A stretch of 64,000 nucleotides of DNA from Bacteroidota bacterium. Lineage in GTDB: Bacteria; Bacteroidota; JABWAT01. The position numbers and the translations under genes were made by a program. Below, piece by piece: positions 39,501 through 47,994 of this stretch (within the stretch, counting starts at the first letter, position 1; each line of letters begins with the position of its first letter). Under the pieces are notes generated by a model. It saw only the letters and a list, made by a program, of their open reading frames with translations, ran no database searches and was not told the DNA's origin. The stretch is taken from assembly GCA_023151185.1 (NCBI GenBank), contig JAKLJL010000010.1, positions 64,001 to 128,000 on the forward strand. The letters run 5' to 3'.

Positions 39501-40085
39501 CCGGTGGTTTCCAAAGCCAGAGACCCAAAGCGTTCCGTTGTGGTCGAGCATAATTCCGACCGGACCGGCAAGGCCTGCCTGGGTCGTTGCAGATGAACTG
39601 GTGGTAAAGTTGGGCTGACCGATTACACCATCGGCATCGGCACCAGAAGAAAGGGAAGAGGCATTTTTAAACCTGAGAACCCGGTTATTCCCGTAATCTC
39701 CGATCCACATGGTTCCGTTTGCATCGACATGAATCCCGATCGGCTGGTTAAACTTATTGGCTGTGGTTCCGGTTGAAGCACTGGTAAAATCAGATTGCCC
39801 AAACACGGCTTCAGGCAGAGAGCCGGTCTGGAGTTCTGCTGCATTTCCATATCTGAGAACCCGGTTATTTGACCGGTCAACTACAAATAATTTCCCGGTA
39901 GTCGGGTCCACAGATACCCCGTTCGGACCCTTCAGCATATTCTGAGCCGTGCCGGATCCTGCCGAGACAAAGTCAGACTGTCCCAGAACGCCAGTGGCAG
40001 TCATTCCGTTGGTAAGTTGAGCCTGCAGAGTATAGGTCGGTAAGATCAGCAGAGCCATCAGAAAGAAAGAAAAAAGTTTCTTCAT
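36582..40085 (-). CDS. Large secreted NHL-repeat protein with SGNH/GDSL hydrolase domain and T9SS C-terminal sorting domain
   Basis: The 1167-aa ORF has a signal peptide and an N-terminal NHL beta-propeller (repeated VDRSNNRVLRY-type units). Its SGNH blocks are VIILGSSTSAG, NLAVGGY, LPSNDA and GDGIHLN. The C-terminus (FPNPFNPETTVTYHLP...) is T9SS CTD-like. Confidence 0.8.
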   Translation of the reverse strand: MKKLFSFFLMALLILPTYTLQAQLTNGMTATGVLGQSDFVSAGSGTAQNMLKGPNGVSVDPTTGKLFVVDRSNNRVLRYGNAAELQTGSLPEAVFGQSDFTSASTGTTANKFNQPIGIHVDANGTMWIGDYGNNRVLRFKNASSLSSGADADGVIGQPNFTTSSSATTQAGLAGPVGIMLDHNGTLWVSGFGNHRVTWYKNAATLANGANADGVFGQPDFTSSSGAVGPGNLFNPNSVYTDPDGNLYVSDYTNKRVLRYNSAADKANGAAADAVYGQPDFTSNASGVTQTQFGTTRFVWGDQEGRLYVVEEANNRVMIFNDAKNLGNGAPADYVLGQSDFTTGTGLTTAVNLKTPRAIYVHETPEVSQIWLADYNNHRVLWYQLTEPDTAEVVLTHPTGGEQFFAGDTTDITWTAKAVDTVAIEISYDNRETWSVLADSLPAGSGTLSWIIPDSLSDQVWLRIYDEAKPKHADTTDAAFSIVLPPPDPSFISVVNPKGGEAFRIGEEVTLIWSVKNVDSVTVEASYDSLATWEILASGLPSESGKLTWTVPAHETDNGFIRISDFQNPSVSDTSDSPFSIHYPPYEVKVISPNGYQSWVPGSKKQLLFTAKEADSLEIWYSADGGLNWNLVSDRVSGSQTSFNWTVPADTTSNGRIRIQVKGLPDFGDESDNPFKIRPAATGGQQDLVFFSAGSAPGYWDSSWGFANAPSTLELMNGSKFPVSAEHALLGNYSLKLKWTSGTGGDWMMAAAADGWVGNDATSKDFLEFRVLMTDQTDTVNYPKLFLEDLGNKKSDKISWASYVSETDGSPWKKVRIPIKSFMAKPGAADFTRIKTIFWAQDQTDAVSHTWFIDDLRMTGGKIINYDSLRTIVILGSSTSAGIGPTVADSAYVNRFRKYVQSYDKDALVINLAVGGYTTYDVMPTGFVPPSGRPTPKVNNNITKALSYHPDAILINLPSNDANLGYSVADQLKNYSVLDSICDANNIPVWVTTTQPRNLDTAKRNLLMVMRDSTIARYGDHCVDFWTELANADGTINNKYNSGDGIHLNNAGHRVLFNRVVEAKLWNQLYPVSVEQAEEKPAGFLIEQNFPNPFNPETTVTYHLPDAGLVNFNVFNVLGQQVYSSHEVKSAPGSYQFRFNGAHLASGMYWLTISMKQQSGTIRMVLLK

Positions 40086-40140
40086 TGGTATCTCCGAAAA
40101 AAACCGGGCAGAGTCTTTTCAGGACCTGCCCGGCAGTTGG

Positions 40141-41853
40141 TTATTTCATAAGTGTCAGGGATTTTGTGAGGGTTTTACCGTTGGCGGTGATGGTGCAAAA
40201 GTAAATTCCTGAAGCAAGACTGGTAGCTGTAAACCGCAGAGAGTGCTCACCTGCAGTCATTTTCCCGTTTTGCAGAACCTGAAGTTCCTGGCCGATTATG
40301 TTCCTGATTTTTACTGTCACCTCAGAAGCAGCCGGGAGAGTAAACCGGATGGAGGTCTCCGGATTAAACGGATTCGGATAGGCACCCAGGATTTTGAATT
40401 GATCCGGGTTACCCGAAAACTCCAGAATCTGGCTGTAGGAAGCTGACCCGTCAAAATCGGTTTGCTTCAGACGATACCAGACGGTTCCTTCGGTAATCTG
40501 GTCTCTGAGTGAATAATACTGTGTTTCACTTGAATTCCCCTTCCCTGAAACCGATCCGACCTGTGTCCAGTACATCCGGTTGACTGATTTCTCCAGGGTA
40601 AAGCCGGCATTGTTGATTTCTGAACGGGTTTCCCATTTCACCAGAACAGATCCATTGGTTTCAAGTGCGGTGAAAGAGGCCAGTTCAACCGGAAGCGGTT
40701 GTTCGAGATTATATTTCAGTACCCGGCTGTTGTTGTAATCCGCAAGCCAGAATTTCCGGTTTACATTGTCCACCCAGGCTCCCCGAGGGAAGTTCAGGGA
40801 TTGTGCTGTAGGTGTTGCAGGTGCAGAAGAAGAGGTAAAATCGGGCTGACCGATCACATAATCGGCATTGGCATAGTCCCCAAGGGTTGAGGCATCTTTG
40901 AAGACCAGCACCCGGGCAGTGTTTTCGAGTACCACAAACAGGTTATCCATATCGTCTCCGGCAACTGCCCGAAGCGTGCTGAATCCGTTTTGGGTTACCA
41001 TTGCCGAGGCTGATGCAAAATTAGGCTGGCCAAGAACCACATCTGCGGCACCGCCATTGGCTTTCAGCAGCGGATTTTCATACTTGAGTACTCTCAGGTT
41101 TCCGTTATCGGCTACCCACAGGTTTCCGTTCCCGTCGACGAAGCAGGCATTGGGGCTCGAAAGAGTTGAGGCAGACCGGCCGCCGGTGTTTGCAGTCGAA
41201 ATTGTAAATGAGGTTTGCCCTAAAACCGCATCAGCATTGGCGCCGTTCGCCTTGTTTTTGGCATCATCAAACCGTAAAACCCGGTGCTGGGCAAAACAAA
41301 CCACATACAGATTCCCGGATGCATCTTCCCATACTCCCGTTGCACCGCCCGTCTTGGCCTGGGTTGCGCTGGTTGCACTGGTAACAAAATCAGTCTGTCC
41401 CAGAACCCCGTCGGCTGGTGCACCATCAGCCTTGGAGGATACAGAGTCGAATCGCAAGACCCGGTTGTTTCCGTAATCTCCTACCCACATGGTCCCGGAT
41501 GCATTGATAAAAATTCCAACCGGGTTGTTCATTTTGGCGTCTGTTAGTCCGGATGTCCCGGTGACAAAATCGGCCTGACCCAAAACTCCTTCTGCTGCCG
41601 CACCGGTAGTCAGTGAATTGGCTGAAGCATAACGAAGAATCCGGTGGTTTCCGCGGTCAACCACAAACAGTTTCCCCGATACAGGATCAATGGCGACAAA
41701 CCCTGGGTTTTTTAAACCGGTTTGGGTTGTTGCAGTTACTTTACCTGCAAAATCGACCTGCCCGAGAACGACTTCGGCAGTGGGATAGTTTGCGAACTGG
41801 GCAGTTGCCGGTAAAGCGGCAAGCAGGAATACCGATAACAATTTTGATTTCAT
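40141..41853 (-). CDS. NHL-repeat secreted protein with T9SS C-terminal sorting domain
   Basis: The 570-aa ORF has a signal peptide, six NHL-like units and the C-terminal YPNPFNPETSIRFTLP... tail. Confidence 0.8.
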   Translation of the reverse strand: MKSKLLSVFLLAALPATAQFANYPTAEVVLGQVDFAGKVTATTQTGLKNPGFVAIDPVSGKLFVVDRGNHRILRYASANSLTTGAAAEGVLGQADFVTGTSGLTDAKMNNPVGIFINASGTMWVGDYGNNRVLRFDSVSSKADGAPADGVLGQTDFVTSATSATQAKTGGATGVWEDASGNLYVVCFAQHRVLRFDDAKNKANGANADAVLGQTSFTISTANTGGRSASTLSSPNACFVDGNGNLWVADNGNLRVLKYENPLLKANGGAADVVLGQPNFASASAMVTQNGFSTLRAVAGDDMDNLFVVLENTARVLVFKDASTLGDYANADYVIGQPDFTSSSAPATPTAQSLNFPRGAWVDNVNRKFWLADYNNSRVLKYNLEQPLPVELASFTALETNGSVLVKWETRSEINNAGFTLEKSVNRMYWTQVGSVSGKGNSSETQYYSLRDQITEGTVWYRLKQTDFDGSASYSQILEFSGNPDQFKILGAYPNPFNPETSIRFTLPAASEVTVKIRNIIGQELQVLQNGKMTAGEHSLRFTATSLASGIYFCTITANGKTLTKSLTLMK

Positions 41854-41984
41854 AAAGGATCTCCGATTGGTTAAGAGTTAATTCCTGAAAGGCAATAGCC
41901 TTCCAGGGCCCCGTGGGCCAGATTTTTTTTAGGGGCAAATGCCCGGATTTTTACCTTGGACTGATTGCGATTTCTGTCTGCCTG

Positions 41985-43013
41985 TCAGTTCCTGAGGGGG
42001 ATGAACGAACCCCTTTGAACCAACCGGGTCTGATACACCACCGGGCTGACAGGTGTCTGGTCTGGTGCGTCCGCGATCCGCTTCAGAATTTCTGAAACCG
42101 AATCACGGCCCATCCGGACGATGTCAAACTTCATGGTCGTCAGCCCGGGCTGCAGCAGGGCAGCCCATTCAATATCATCAAAACCGATGACGGAAATATC
42201 CTCCGGAATTTTCATTCCCTTTTCCGACATCCACTCATAAAATCCCAGCGCCATCCCGTCATTCGAAAAGAACACTGCGGTAGACCGGTTTTTTTCCCGC
42301 ATGATTTCCGGTGCCAGTTCATATCCGGAATTCTGCTTAAAATTTCCTTCCAGAACCTGAAGCTTTACCTCTTCACCGCCGAGATCCGAAATGGCCTTTT
42401 TAAAACCCAGCTTTCTTTGTTCTGCATCCAGGTTTTTCTTTTCTCCTGTTACCAGAGTAATTTTTCTGTGTCCCTGGTTCAGCATATAACTGGCCGCCTG
42501 GTAGGCCCCGTTGAAATTATCGATCAGAAAACTGAAAAACCTGGAATCCTTCAGCTCTTTGCCGATAATTGCTGCCGGTTTTCCCTGCGGAATATGATTC
42601 AGCAGTTTTTCTATTCCCGGTTGCGGATAGTAAATCAGAAATCCGTCTGCGACTCCGTTCATTTTTCCCAGAAGAGTTAACAGTTCTGAGTCGTTATTCT
42701 GAACACTGGTCACCAGCAGGTGGTAGCCCGATTCCCGGGCCCGGGTTTCGGCACCATAGAGAAAATCAGAAAAGAAAATTCCGTAAATCACCGGCAGAAT
42801 TACGCCGATGGTTTTATTCTGATTTCCGGCCAGAGTCCGGGCAGAGGAGTTGGGCAGATACTTCATCTGTTCGGCAATTGCCAGGATCCGTTTCCTTGTC
42901 TTTTCCGGTACCAGTGGGTTATTGTTGAACACCCTGGAAACCGTTGCAATGGAAACTTTGGCCTTTTCAGCCACATCGAAGATGGTAACCTGCCTGGATT
43001 GCGATGGTTTCAT
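41985..43013 (-). CDS. LacI family transcriptional regulator
   Basis: It has the N-terminal HTH (VTIFDVAEKAKVSIATVSRVFNN) and a periplasmic-binding-fold C-terminus across 342 aa. Confidence 0.85.
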   Translation of the reverse strand: MKPSQSRQVTIFDVAEKAKVSIATVSRVFNNNPLVPEKTRKRILAIAEQMKYLPNSSARTLAGNQNKTIGVILPVIYGIFFSDFLYGAETRARESGYHLLVTSVQNNDSELLTLLGKMNGVADGFLIYYPQPGIEKLLNHIPQGKPAAIIGKELKDSRFFSFLIDNFNGAYQAASYMLNQGHRKITLVTGEKKNLDAEQRKLGFKKAISDLGGEEVKLQVLEGNFKQNSGYELAPEIMREKNRSTAVFFSNDGMALGFYEWMSEKGMKIPEDISVIGFDDIEWAALLQPGLTTMKFDIVRMGRDSVSEILKRIADAPDQTPVSPVVYQTRLVQRGSFIPLRN

Positions 43014-43087
43014 TTGACTTTTATTTCCGGGAAAGAGTTTCTGCCGGAAAATAGTGAAAAAACCTGTTTGCTGACAACCAACTGTAT

Positions 43088-43116
43088 TGTAAGCGTTTAC
43101 AATGTAAGCGTTTACA
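43088..43116. promoter_or_regulatory. Two tandem cre/LacI-family operator-like palindromes (TGTAAGCGTTTACA x2, 1 nt apart) upstream of the LacI gene
   Basis: Each 14-mer matches the TGWAANCGNTNWCA consensus. They lie 75-100 bp upstream of the lacI start on the minus strand. Confidence 0.55.
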
Positions 43117-43219
43117 TTTTTTTTGTCAAGCAGAAATATCAGGAATTTTTGGGTTGGGTATGAAGGTGAATTGTGGTGGGAGTTCCGGGTGCCCCGGCTG
43201 GGTTATGGCCGGGGGCCGG

Positions 43220-44092
43220 TTATTTCTCGGAAGTGATGAAAATAATGGAACCAATACCCGAACTGACATCGAATTCAATGACTGTTTTGGCGGATTTATA
43301 ATTTGGGGACATGTGATAATCCCCTTTTTGCGAATATTGCGGGGGAACAGTCAGATTGCTGAAGAATCCGGAGTTGTCTTTGATCCGGACACCAACTGAC
43401 GGCGGCAGAACGATTTTGACTTCACCAACGCCAGTTTCAACGGATACCGATTTGGTGCCTGTTGACGTTCCGGAAAAATCGAGGTAAACTGACCCAACAC
43501 CGTTTTCGATAGCCAGAGATGAAAAATTGAGGTTGTTTACACCAAAGGCTTTGATTTCGCCAACCCCGGACTGGATTTTACATTTCTTGATTTCGGACTG
43601 ATTTAAGGATCGCATGGCCAGTTTTATGGAACCTGCTCCGGAATTCAGATCCAGCCCGGTCAGATTCAGATTGGTCAGATCAAGATCAGCAGACCCCGCA
43701 CCGATGCTGAACCGGATATCGTGTTCGACTTTTGGACCAAGTTCAAGCTTTCCTTTGAACCTGGTGCGGCCGTTTTCTTCATCCTCTTCTTCAGAACTGT
43801 CAAAATTAACACCGTCAGAATTGGTCATAAACTTCATCTTGGCCATATCGTTGAACCGGCGGAAATCGAGTTCCGGATCGAGGGTATGTTTATCGTAGGT
43901 GGCATCCAGATTGAAAAGAACCGGCTTTTGACCGGCCATCAGCCTGATCACTCCATAATCAATTTCGATATCTGACTTCAGGAGTGTTTCCTCGTCAATA
44001 TCGGCAGACTTCATCATCCGGCTTTGTGAAATTCCGGCAGCAGGAAGAAGAAGGCATCCGAGCAGCAATGTGGAGGTGAAGGTTCGTTTCAT
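43220..44092 (-). CDS. Secreted DUF4097-like (putative adhesin / beta-helix) protein downstream of the ECF sigma factor
   Basis: A signal peptide (from the ATG at 44092, verified) is followed by repeated GxG(S/E)(I/V)K beta-strand units. If the start at 44194 is used instead, the protein becomes a single-pass membrane protein. Confidence 0.5.
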   Translation of the reverse strand: MKRTFTSTLLLGCLLLPAAGISQSRMMKSADIDEETLLKSDIEIDYGVIRLMAGQKPVLFNLDATYDKHTLDPELDFRRFNDMAKMKFMTNSDGVNFDSSEEEDEENGRTRFKGKLELGPKVEHDIRFSIGAGSADLDLTNLNLTGLDLNSGAGSIKLAMRSLNQSEIKKCKIQSGVGEIKAFGVNNLNFSSLAIENGVGSVYLDFSGTSTGTKSVSVETGVGEVKIVLPPSVGVRIKDNSGFFSNLTVPPQYSQKGDYHMSPNYKSAKTVIEFDVSSGIGSIIFITSEK

Positions 44093-44197
44093 AATTCGCC
44101 CGTTCAGGGTTTGTCCGTTTAGTCGTACGGAATCCCCTCCGGAAAGGTTACATAACTCTGCCGAAACTTCCGGGGTAGGTGTGATGCCGGGCAATGG

Positions 44198-44812
44198 TCA
44201 ATAATTCCGGATCTTGTCTTTCAGAGCCTTGTACAGGATTTCCCTGGCTCTGAAGATATGAGCTTTTACCGTTCCCAGCGGCATATCCAGTTCATCGGCA
44301 ATTTCTTCATAGGATTTTTCTTCCTGATGCCGCATAATGATCACCCGCTGGTATTTCTCGGGAAGATGGGCAACTGCCTGCTCCAGAACGGTTTTTTTCT
44401 GGTCAAAAATTACTTCTTTGTCGGGAATGAAAGTCGAGTCGGGGATTTCATATTCCATTTCCCCGTCTTTGGTTTCGATGGGTTTGTCAATTGAAAACGT
44501 CCGGATCTTTTTCTTCCGGAGGTAATCAATGCAATTGTTCGTTGCAATTTTATAAAGCCAGGTCGAAAAGGCGAATTCAAAATTGAATGAACGGATGGAA
44601 TTAAATGCCTTGATAAAGGCTTCCTGGGTAAGATCCTCGACATCGGCTTTGTCAAGTACCATTTTATAGATCAGATTGTAAATGGCGTCATGGTATTTCT
44701 TCATCAGAAATTTAAAAGCAGTCTGGTCGCCGTCAATGGCCCGGCGGACAACTCTGAAATCTTCGAGTTTGGATTCTGAAGAAACTTGTGGTTCTGGAAG
44801 CGGCATATCCAT
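44198..44812 (-). CDS. RNA polymerase ECF-type sigma-70 factor
   Basis: It has region 2 (DAIYNLIYKMVLDKADVEDLTQEAFIKAF) and the region 4 HTH (SYEEIADELDMPLGTVKAHIFRA). Confidence 0.85.
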   Translation of the reverse strand: MDMPLPEPQVSSESKLEDFRVVRRAIDGDQTAFKFLMKKYHDAIYNLIYKMVLDKADVEDLTQEAFIKAFNSIRSFNFEFAFSTWLYKIATNNCIDYLRKKKIRTFSIDKPIETKDGEMEYEIPDSTFIPDKEVIFDQKKTVLEQAVAHLPEKYQRVIIMRHQEEKSYEEIADELDMPLGTVKAHIFRAREILYKALKDKIRNY

Positions 44813-44881
44813 CCTGAAAAGGAATATTTTTTTAAGGTAAGGTTTTTTGTAATTTTATTCAATTCAACGGAGAAACTGCTT

Positions 44882-45496
44882 GTGTTTATTACTTTTGAAG
44901 GCATGGACGGATCCGGTAAGTCAACCCAGATCAGGCTTCTGGCAGAAAAACTGACGGCATTGGGCCGGGAACCCCTGACGATCAGGGAACCGGGCGGGAC
45001 TCCTCTGTCTGAAGAGATCCGGCAGGTGCTGCTGGCCCACCGGAAAGGATCTGTGAGTCTGACAGCCGAAGTCCTCCTGTTTTTTGCTGCCCGTGCCCAA
45101 CTGGTCGATGAAGTCATCCTGCCACGTCTTGAAAAGGGTGATATTGTGATCGCAGACCGGTTTGTGGAATCCTCCTTTGCCTATCAGGGCTACGGAAAAG
45201 GAATGGAAATGGGATTTTTAAAAACTCTGGCCAGGCAGGTTACCCGGAATCTGGTTCCGGATGTGACCTTTTATCTGGATATCAATCTGGAGGGATCCCT
45301 ATCCCGTCAGGACAGCCGGGGAACCCGTGACCGTCTCGAAAGCATGGACCCAGAGACCTGGAACCGGATCCGGGACGGGTATCATGATCTGATCCAGGCT
45401 CATCCTGAACGTTGGGTGGTCATCAATGCCGGTGACACAGTCGGGCATATTCACCATCAGATCTGGACTGAACTCGAACACCGGCTTTCCGTCTGA
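44882..45496 (+). CDS. tmk: Thymidylate kinase
   Basis: The P-loop FITFEGMDGSGKST and the DRF and lid motifs are present. The start is assigned to the GTG at 44882, which has GGAG 9 nt upstream. The ORF-track start at 44786 would overlap the sigma gene. Confidence 0.8.
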   Translation: MFITFEGMDGSGKSTQIRLLAEKLTALGREPLTIREPGGTPLSEEIRQVLLAHRKGSVSLTAEVLLFFAARAQLVDEVILPRLEKGDIVIADRFVESSFAYQGYGKGMEMGFLKTLARQVTRNLVPDVTFYLDINLEGSLSRQDSRGTRDRLESMDPETWNRIRDGYHDLIQAHPERWVVINAGDTVGHIHHQIWTELEHRLSV

Positions 45497-45523
45497 ATCC
45501 CTCCACTGAAAAAGGACGTCCCC

Positions 45524-47125
45524 GTGCAGAAAAAATTTCGCTGGCCGGTGATTTTTACCGGCACCCTCCTGCTTGTGCTGCTGGCCGGATTTACCGCCGG
45601 AAGCAGTGACCTGTTTTTAAAAATTACCCGGAACCTGGAAATCTTCGGAAAAGTTTACCGGCTTGTTCTCGTCAATTACGTGGATGAAATTGATCCGGAT
45701 TCCTTTACTACCGAAGGAATCGGAGCAATGCTGGAAACCCTGGATCCCTACACGGTCTTTTTGAACTCAACCGTTAGTGAAATGGATCTGCTGATGTCGG
45801 GAAATGCAGGCGGAATTGGCATCAGTGTTTACAAAAAGGGAACTGAGATTGCAGTTTCTGAACTCATAGAAGGCTATTCTGCACACCGTGAAGGCGTAAG
45901 AGAAGGAGATGTAATTCTGCAGGTTGATTCAGCGGATGTGACCAGCCTGTCTGATCTGAGCTCAAAAATAAGAGGAGTCCCCGGAACAACCCTGTTGCTG
46001 ACCGTCCGCCGGGAGTCCACAGACGAAATAATTGGGTTCAGGCTCACAAGAGAGAAAATTGAAAATCAAAGTGTTTTGTTTTCGGAAGTACTCGGCGGGA
46101 AAACCGGGTATATCCGGTTGTACCGGTTTAATAAAAATGCCGGGGATGATGTTAAAAAAGCGGTCCAGAAGCTACTGGACCAAAAAATTTCCGGGCTGAT
46201 TCTGGATTTGAGAGGAAATCCGGGCGGAAGGCTGGATGAAGCCATCAGTGTAGCAAAAAAATTCCTGCCCTACAAATCTCTGATCGTAACCACCCGGGGG
46301 CGGAATGAAGACAGCAAGCAATCCTATTCTTCGGATGAAGTTCCGGTTTATTCCGGTCCGATGGCAGTGTTGATTGATTCTCTCTCGGCTAGTGCAGCAG
46401 AAGTAGTGGCCGGTGCCCTTCAGGACCATGACCGGGCCCTTCTCGTCGGGACGAAATCTTATGGCAAGGGTCTTGTCCAAACTGTGATGCCGGTTGCCTA
46501 TGAAACCAGCGTGAAAATAACCACGGCCCGGTATTATACCCCTTCCGGGCGGTGCATCCAGATCAGACCTATTAACCGTCTTGCCGACCACCCGGATACT
46601 CTGAAACCAAGGGAATTTAAAACGGACAAAGGAAAGGTGGTTCTTGAAGCCAATGGAATCAGCCCGGATATCAGAATCGAATCACCGGAAGAACCTGAAA
46701 TACTGACAGAACTGCGCCGGGAAAATGCCTTTTCAGACTTTGCAGCGGTCTGGGTAAAAGCCAATGAAGACAAAGTAACGCCCGGATTTTCATCCGGAAA
46801 GCAGGCCTTTGACGATTTTCTGGACTGGCTCAGGCAAAAATCGGTGGCTGATAAAACCCGGCTTGGAAGTTACCTGACTGAAATCCAGGAGTCATTTAAA
46901 GACCAGGCTGCCTATACGGGTTTTATTTTAAAACTGGATGAGGCAAAAAAGCAGCTTGCCGCAGATGTGTTCAAAGACCTGAACGGACAGGAAGCAGTAA
47001 TCCGGCAGATCCTGAAAAAGGAAATTTTACTCAGGAAACTTTCTTCTGCCCAGGTTCTGGCGCTTTCGTATTCTGAAGATCCGGTTCTTTTGGGTGCAAT
47101 CACCGCACTGGAAAAAGGCAGGTAG
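45524..47125 (+). CDS. S41 family C-terminal processing peptidase (PDZ + S41)
   Basis: It has a signal/anchor, a PDZ domain and the S41 blocks (GLILDLRGNPGG, catalytic Ser/Lys region). Confidence 0.8.
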   Translation: MQKKFRWPVIFTGTLLLVLLAGFTAGSSDLFLKITRNLEIFGKVYRLVLVNYVDEIDPDSFTTEGIGAMLETLDPYTVFLNSTVSEMDLLMSGNAGGIGISVYKKGTEIAVSELIEGYSAHREGVREGDVILQVDSADVTSLSDLSSKIRGVPGTTLLLTVRRESTDEIIGFRLTREKIENQSVLFSEVLGGKTGYIRLYRFNKNAGDDVKKAVQKLLDQKISGLILDLRGNPGGRLDEAISVAKKFLPYKSLIVTTRGRNEDSKQSYSSDEVPVYSGPMAVLIDSLSASAAEVVAGALQDHDRALLVGTKSYGKGLVQTVMPVAYETSVKITTARYYTPSGRCIQIRPINRLADHPDTLKPREFKTDKGKVVLEANGISPDIRIESPEEPEILTELRRENAFSDFAAVWVKANEDKVTPGFSSGKQAFDDFLDWLRQKSVADKTRLGSYLTEIQESFKDQAAYTGFILKLDEAKKQLAADVFKDLNGQEAVIRQILKKEILLRKLSSAQVLALSYSEDPVLLGAITALEKGR

Positions 47126-47128
47126 TCC

Positions 47129-47941
47129 ATGGAACTGCTCATCTGGATTGCTTCGGGCCTGCTGATCGGGGTTTTCTCAGGTTTTTTTGGAGTCGGTGGC
47201 GGAACAATTTCAATTCCGCTGCTTACGGTTATTTTCGGATTTTCTGGTTACACCCATGAAGGGGCACTGAAATCGGCCATTGCCACCTCCCTCCTGATCG
47301 GGTTTTCTGCCAGTCTCTTTGCCAGTTTCCGGAACGCCAAAATCTGGCGGCCGCCGGTTGGCCGGATTCTGACTCTGGCAGCAGGAAGTTTGCTGGGAAC
47401 GCGTGCAGGCGTACTGCTGTCTGTTCAGCTTCCCGGAACCGAACTCAGTTATATTTTAGGGACTGTATTACTGGCGGTTTCCCTTTACTATTTCTTTTCA
47501 GGGGAACCCGAAGCCGGACAGGAACCCAATGCCCGGGTTAAAGAAACCATTTTCACTCTGGTTCCGGCAGGTTTTGTCATCGGAGTGTTTTCCGGACTGA
47601 CCGGAATGGGCGGCGGGGTGATTCTGATCCCGGCTCTGACTTTTCTTTTTGGAGAGGAGCCCCGGCGGGCTGCTGTAACCAGCAGTTACATGATTATTCT
47701 CACTACCATTTTCGGGGTGATTCAGTACGGGATGATGACACCGGTATTCCGGATTCCGGAAGGGTACACCCATTGGGGGTATCTGTCTCTGACAACCGGA
47801 ATTCCGGTTGCGGTAATGGCTGCCGCAGGTGGCTATTCCGGGGCACGGCTTCTGCACCGGACGGCTTCACCGGCCTGGAAAAAATCATTTGCCGTTATTT
47901 TGATTCTGGTCGTGGCTGATTTGTTTTTCTTCGGGATCTGA
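47129..47941 (+). CDS. TauE/SafE family sulfite/anion exporter (DUF81)
   Basis: It has 8 transmembrane segments and duplicated G-rich motifs (GFFGVGGGTISIPLL; GMGGGVILIPAL). Confidence 0.8.
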   Translation: MELLIWIASGLLIGVFSGFFGVGGGTISIPLLTVIFGFSGYTHEGALKSAIATSLLIGFSASLFASFRNAKIWRPPVGRILTLAAGSLLGTRAGVLLSVQLPGTELSYILGTVLLAVSLYYFFSGEPEAGQEPNARVKETIFTLVPAGFVIGVFSGLTGMGGGVILIPALTFLFGEEPRRAAVTSSYMIILTTIFGVIQYGMMTPVFRIPEGYTHWGYLSLTTGIPVAVMAAAGGYSGARLLHRTASPAWKKSFAVILILVVADLFFFGI

Positions 47942-47994
47942 CCGGCAAACGGGAAAGTGCCGGTGTTTAGTTATTAACCGCCGGAAGCCACGGT

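Noticed and set aside
36618-39945. Multiple plus-strand ORFs antisense to the 1167-aa NHL/SGNH gene
   Set aside because: They are shadow ORFs with no independent support.
41880-41930. Terminator-like hairpin GGCCCCGTGGGCC followed by T-run between the NHL gene and lacI
   Set aside because: The T-run is on the plus strand, whereas both flanking genes are on the minus strand. It is possibly a fortuitous or antisense terminator, so it is not called as a feature.
44786-44881. Long N-terminal extension of tmk overlapping the ECF sigma gene
   Set aside because: The P-loop N-terminus begins right after the GTG at 44882, which has a GGAG RBS. The extension would overlap the convergent sigma gene start.
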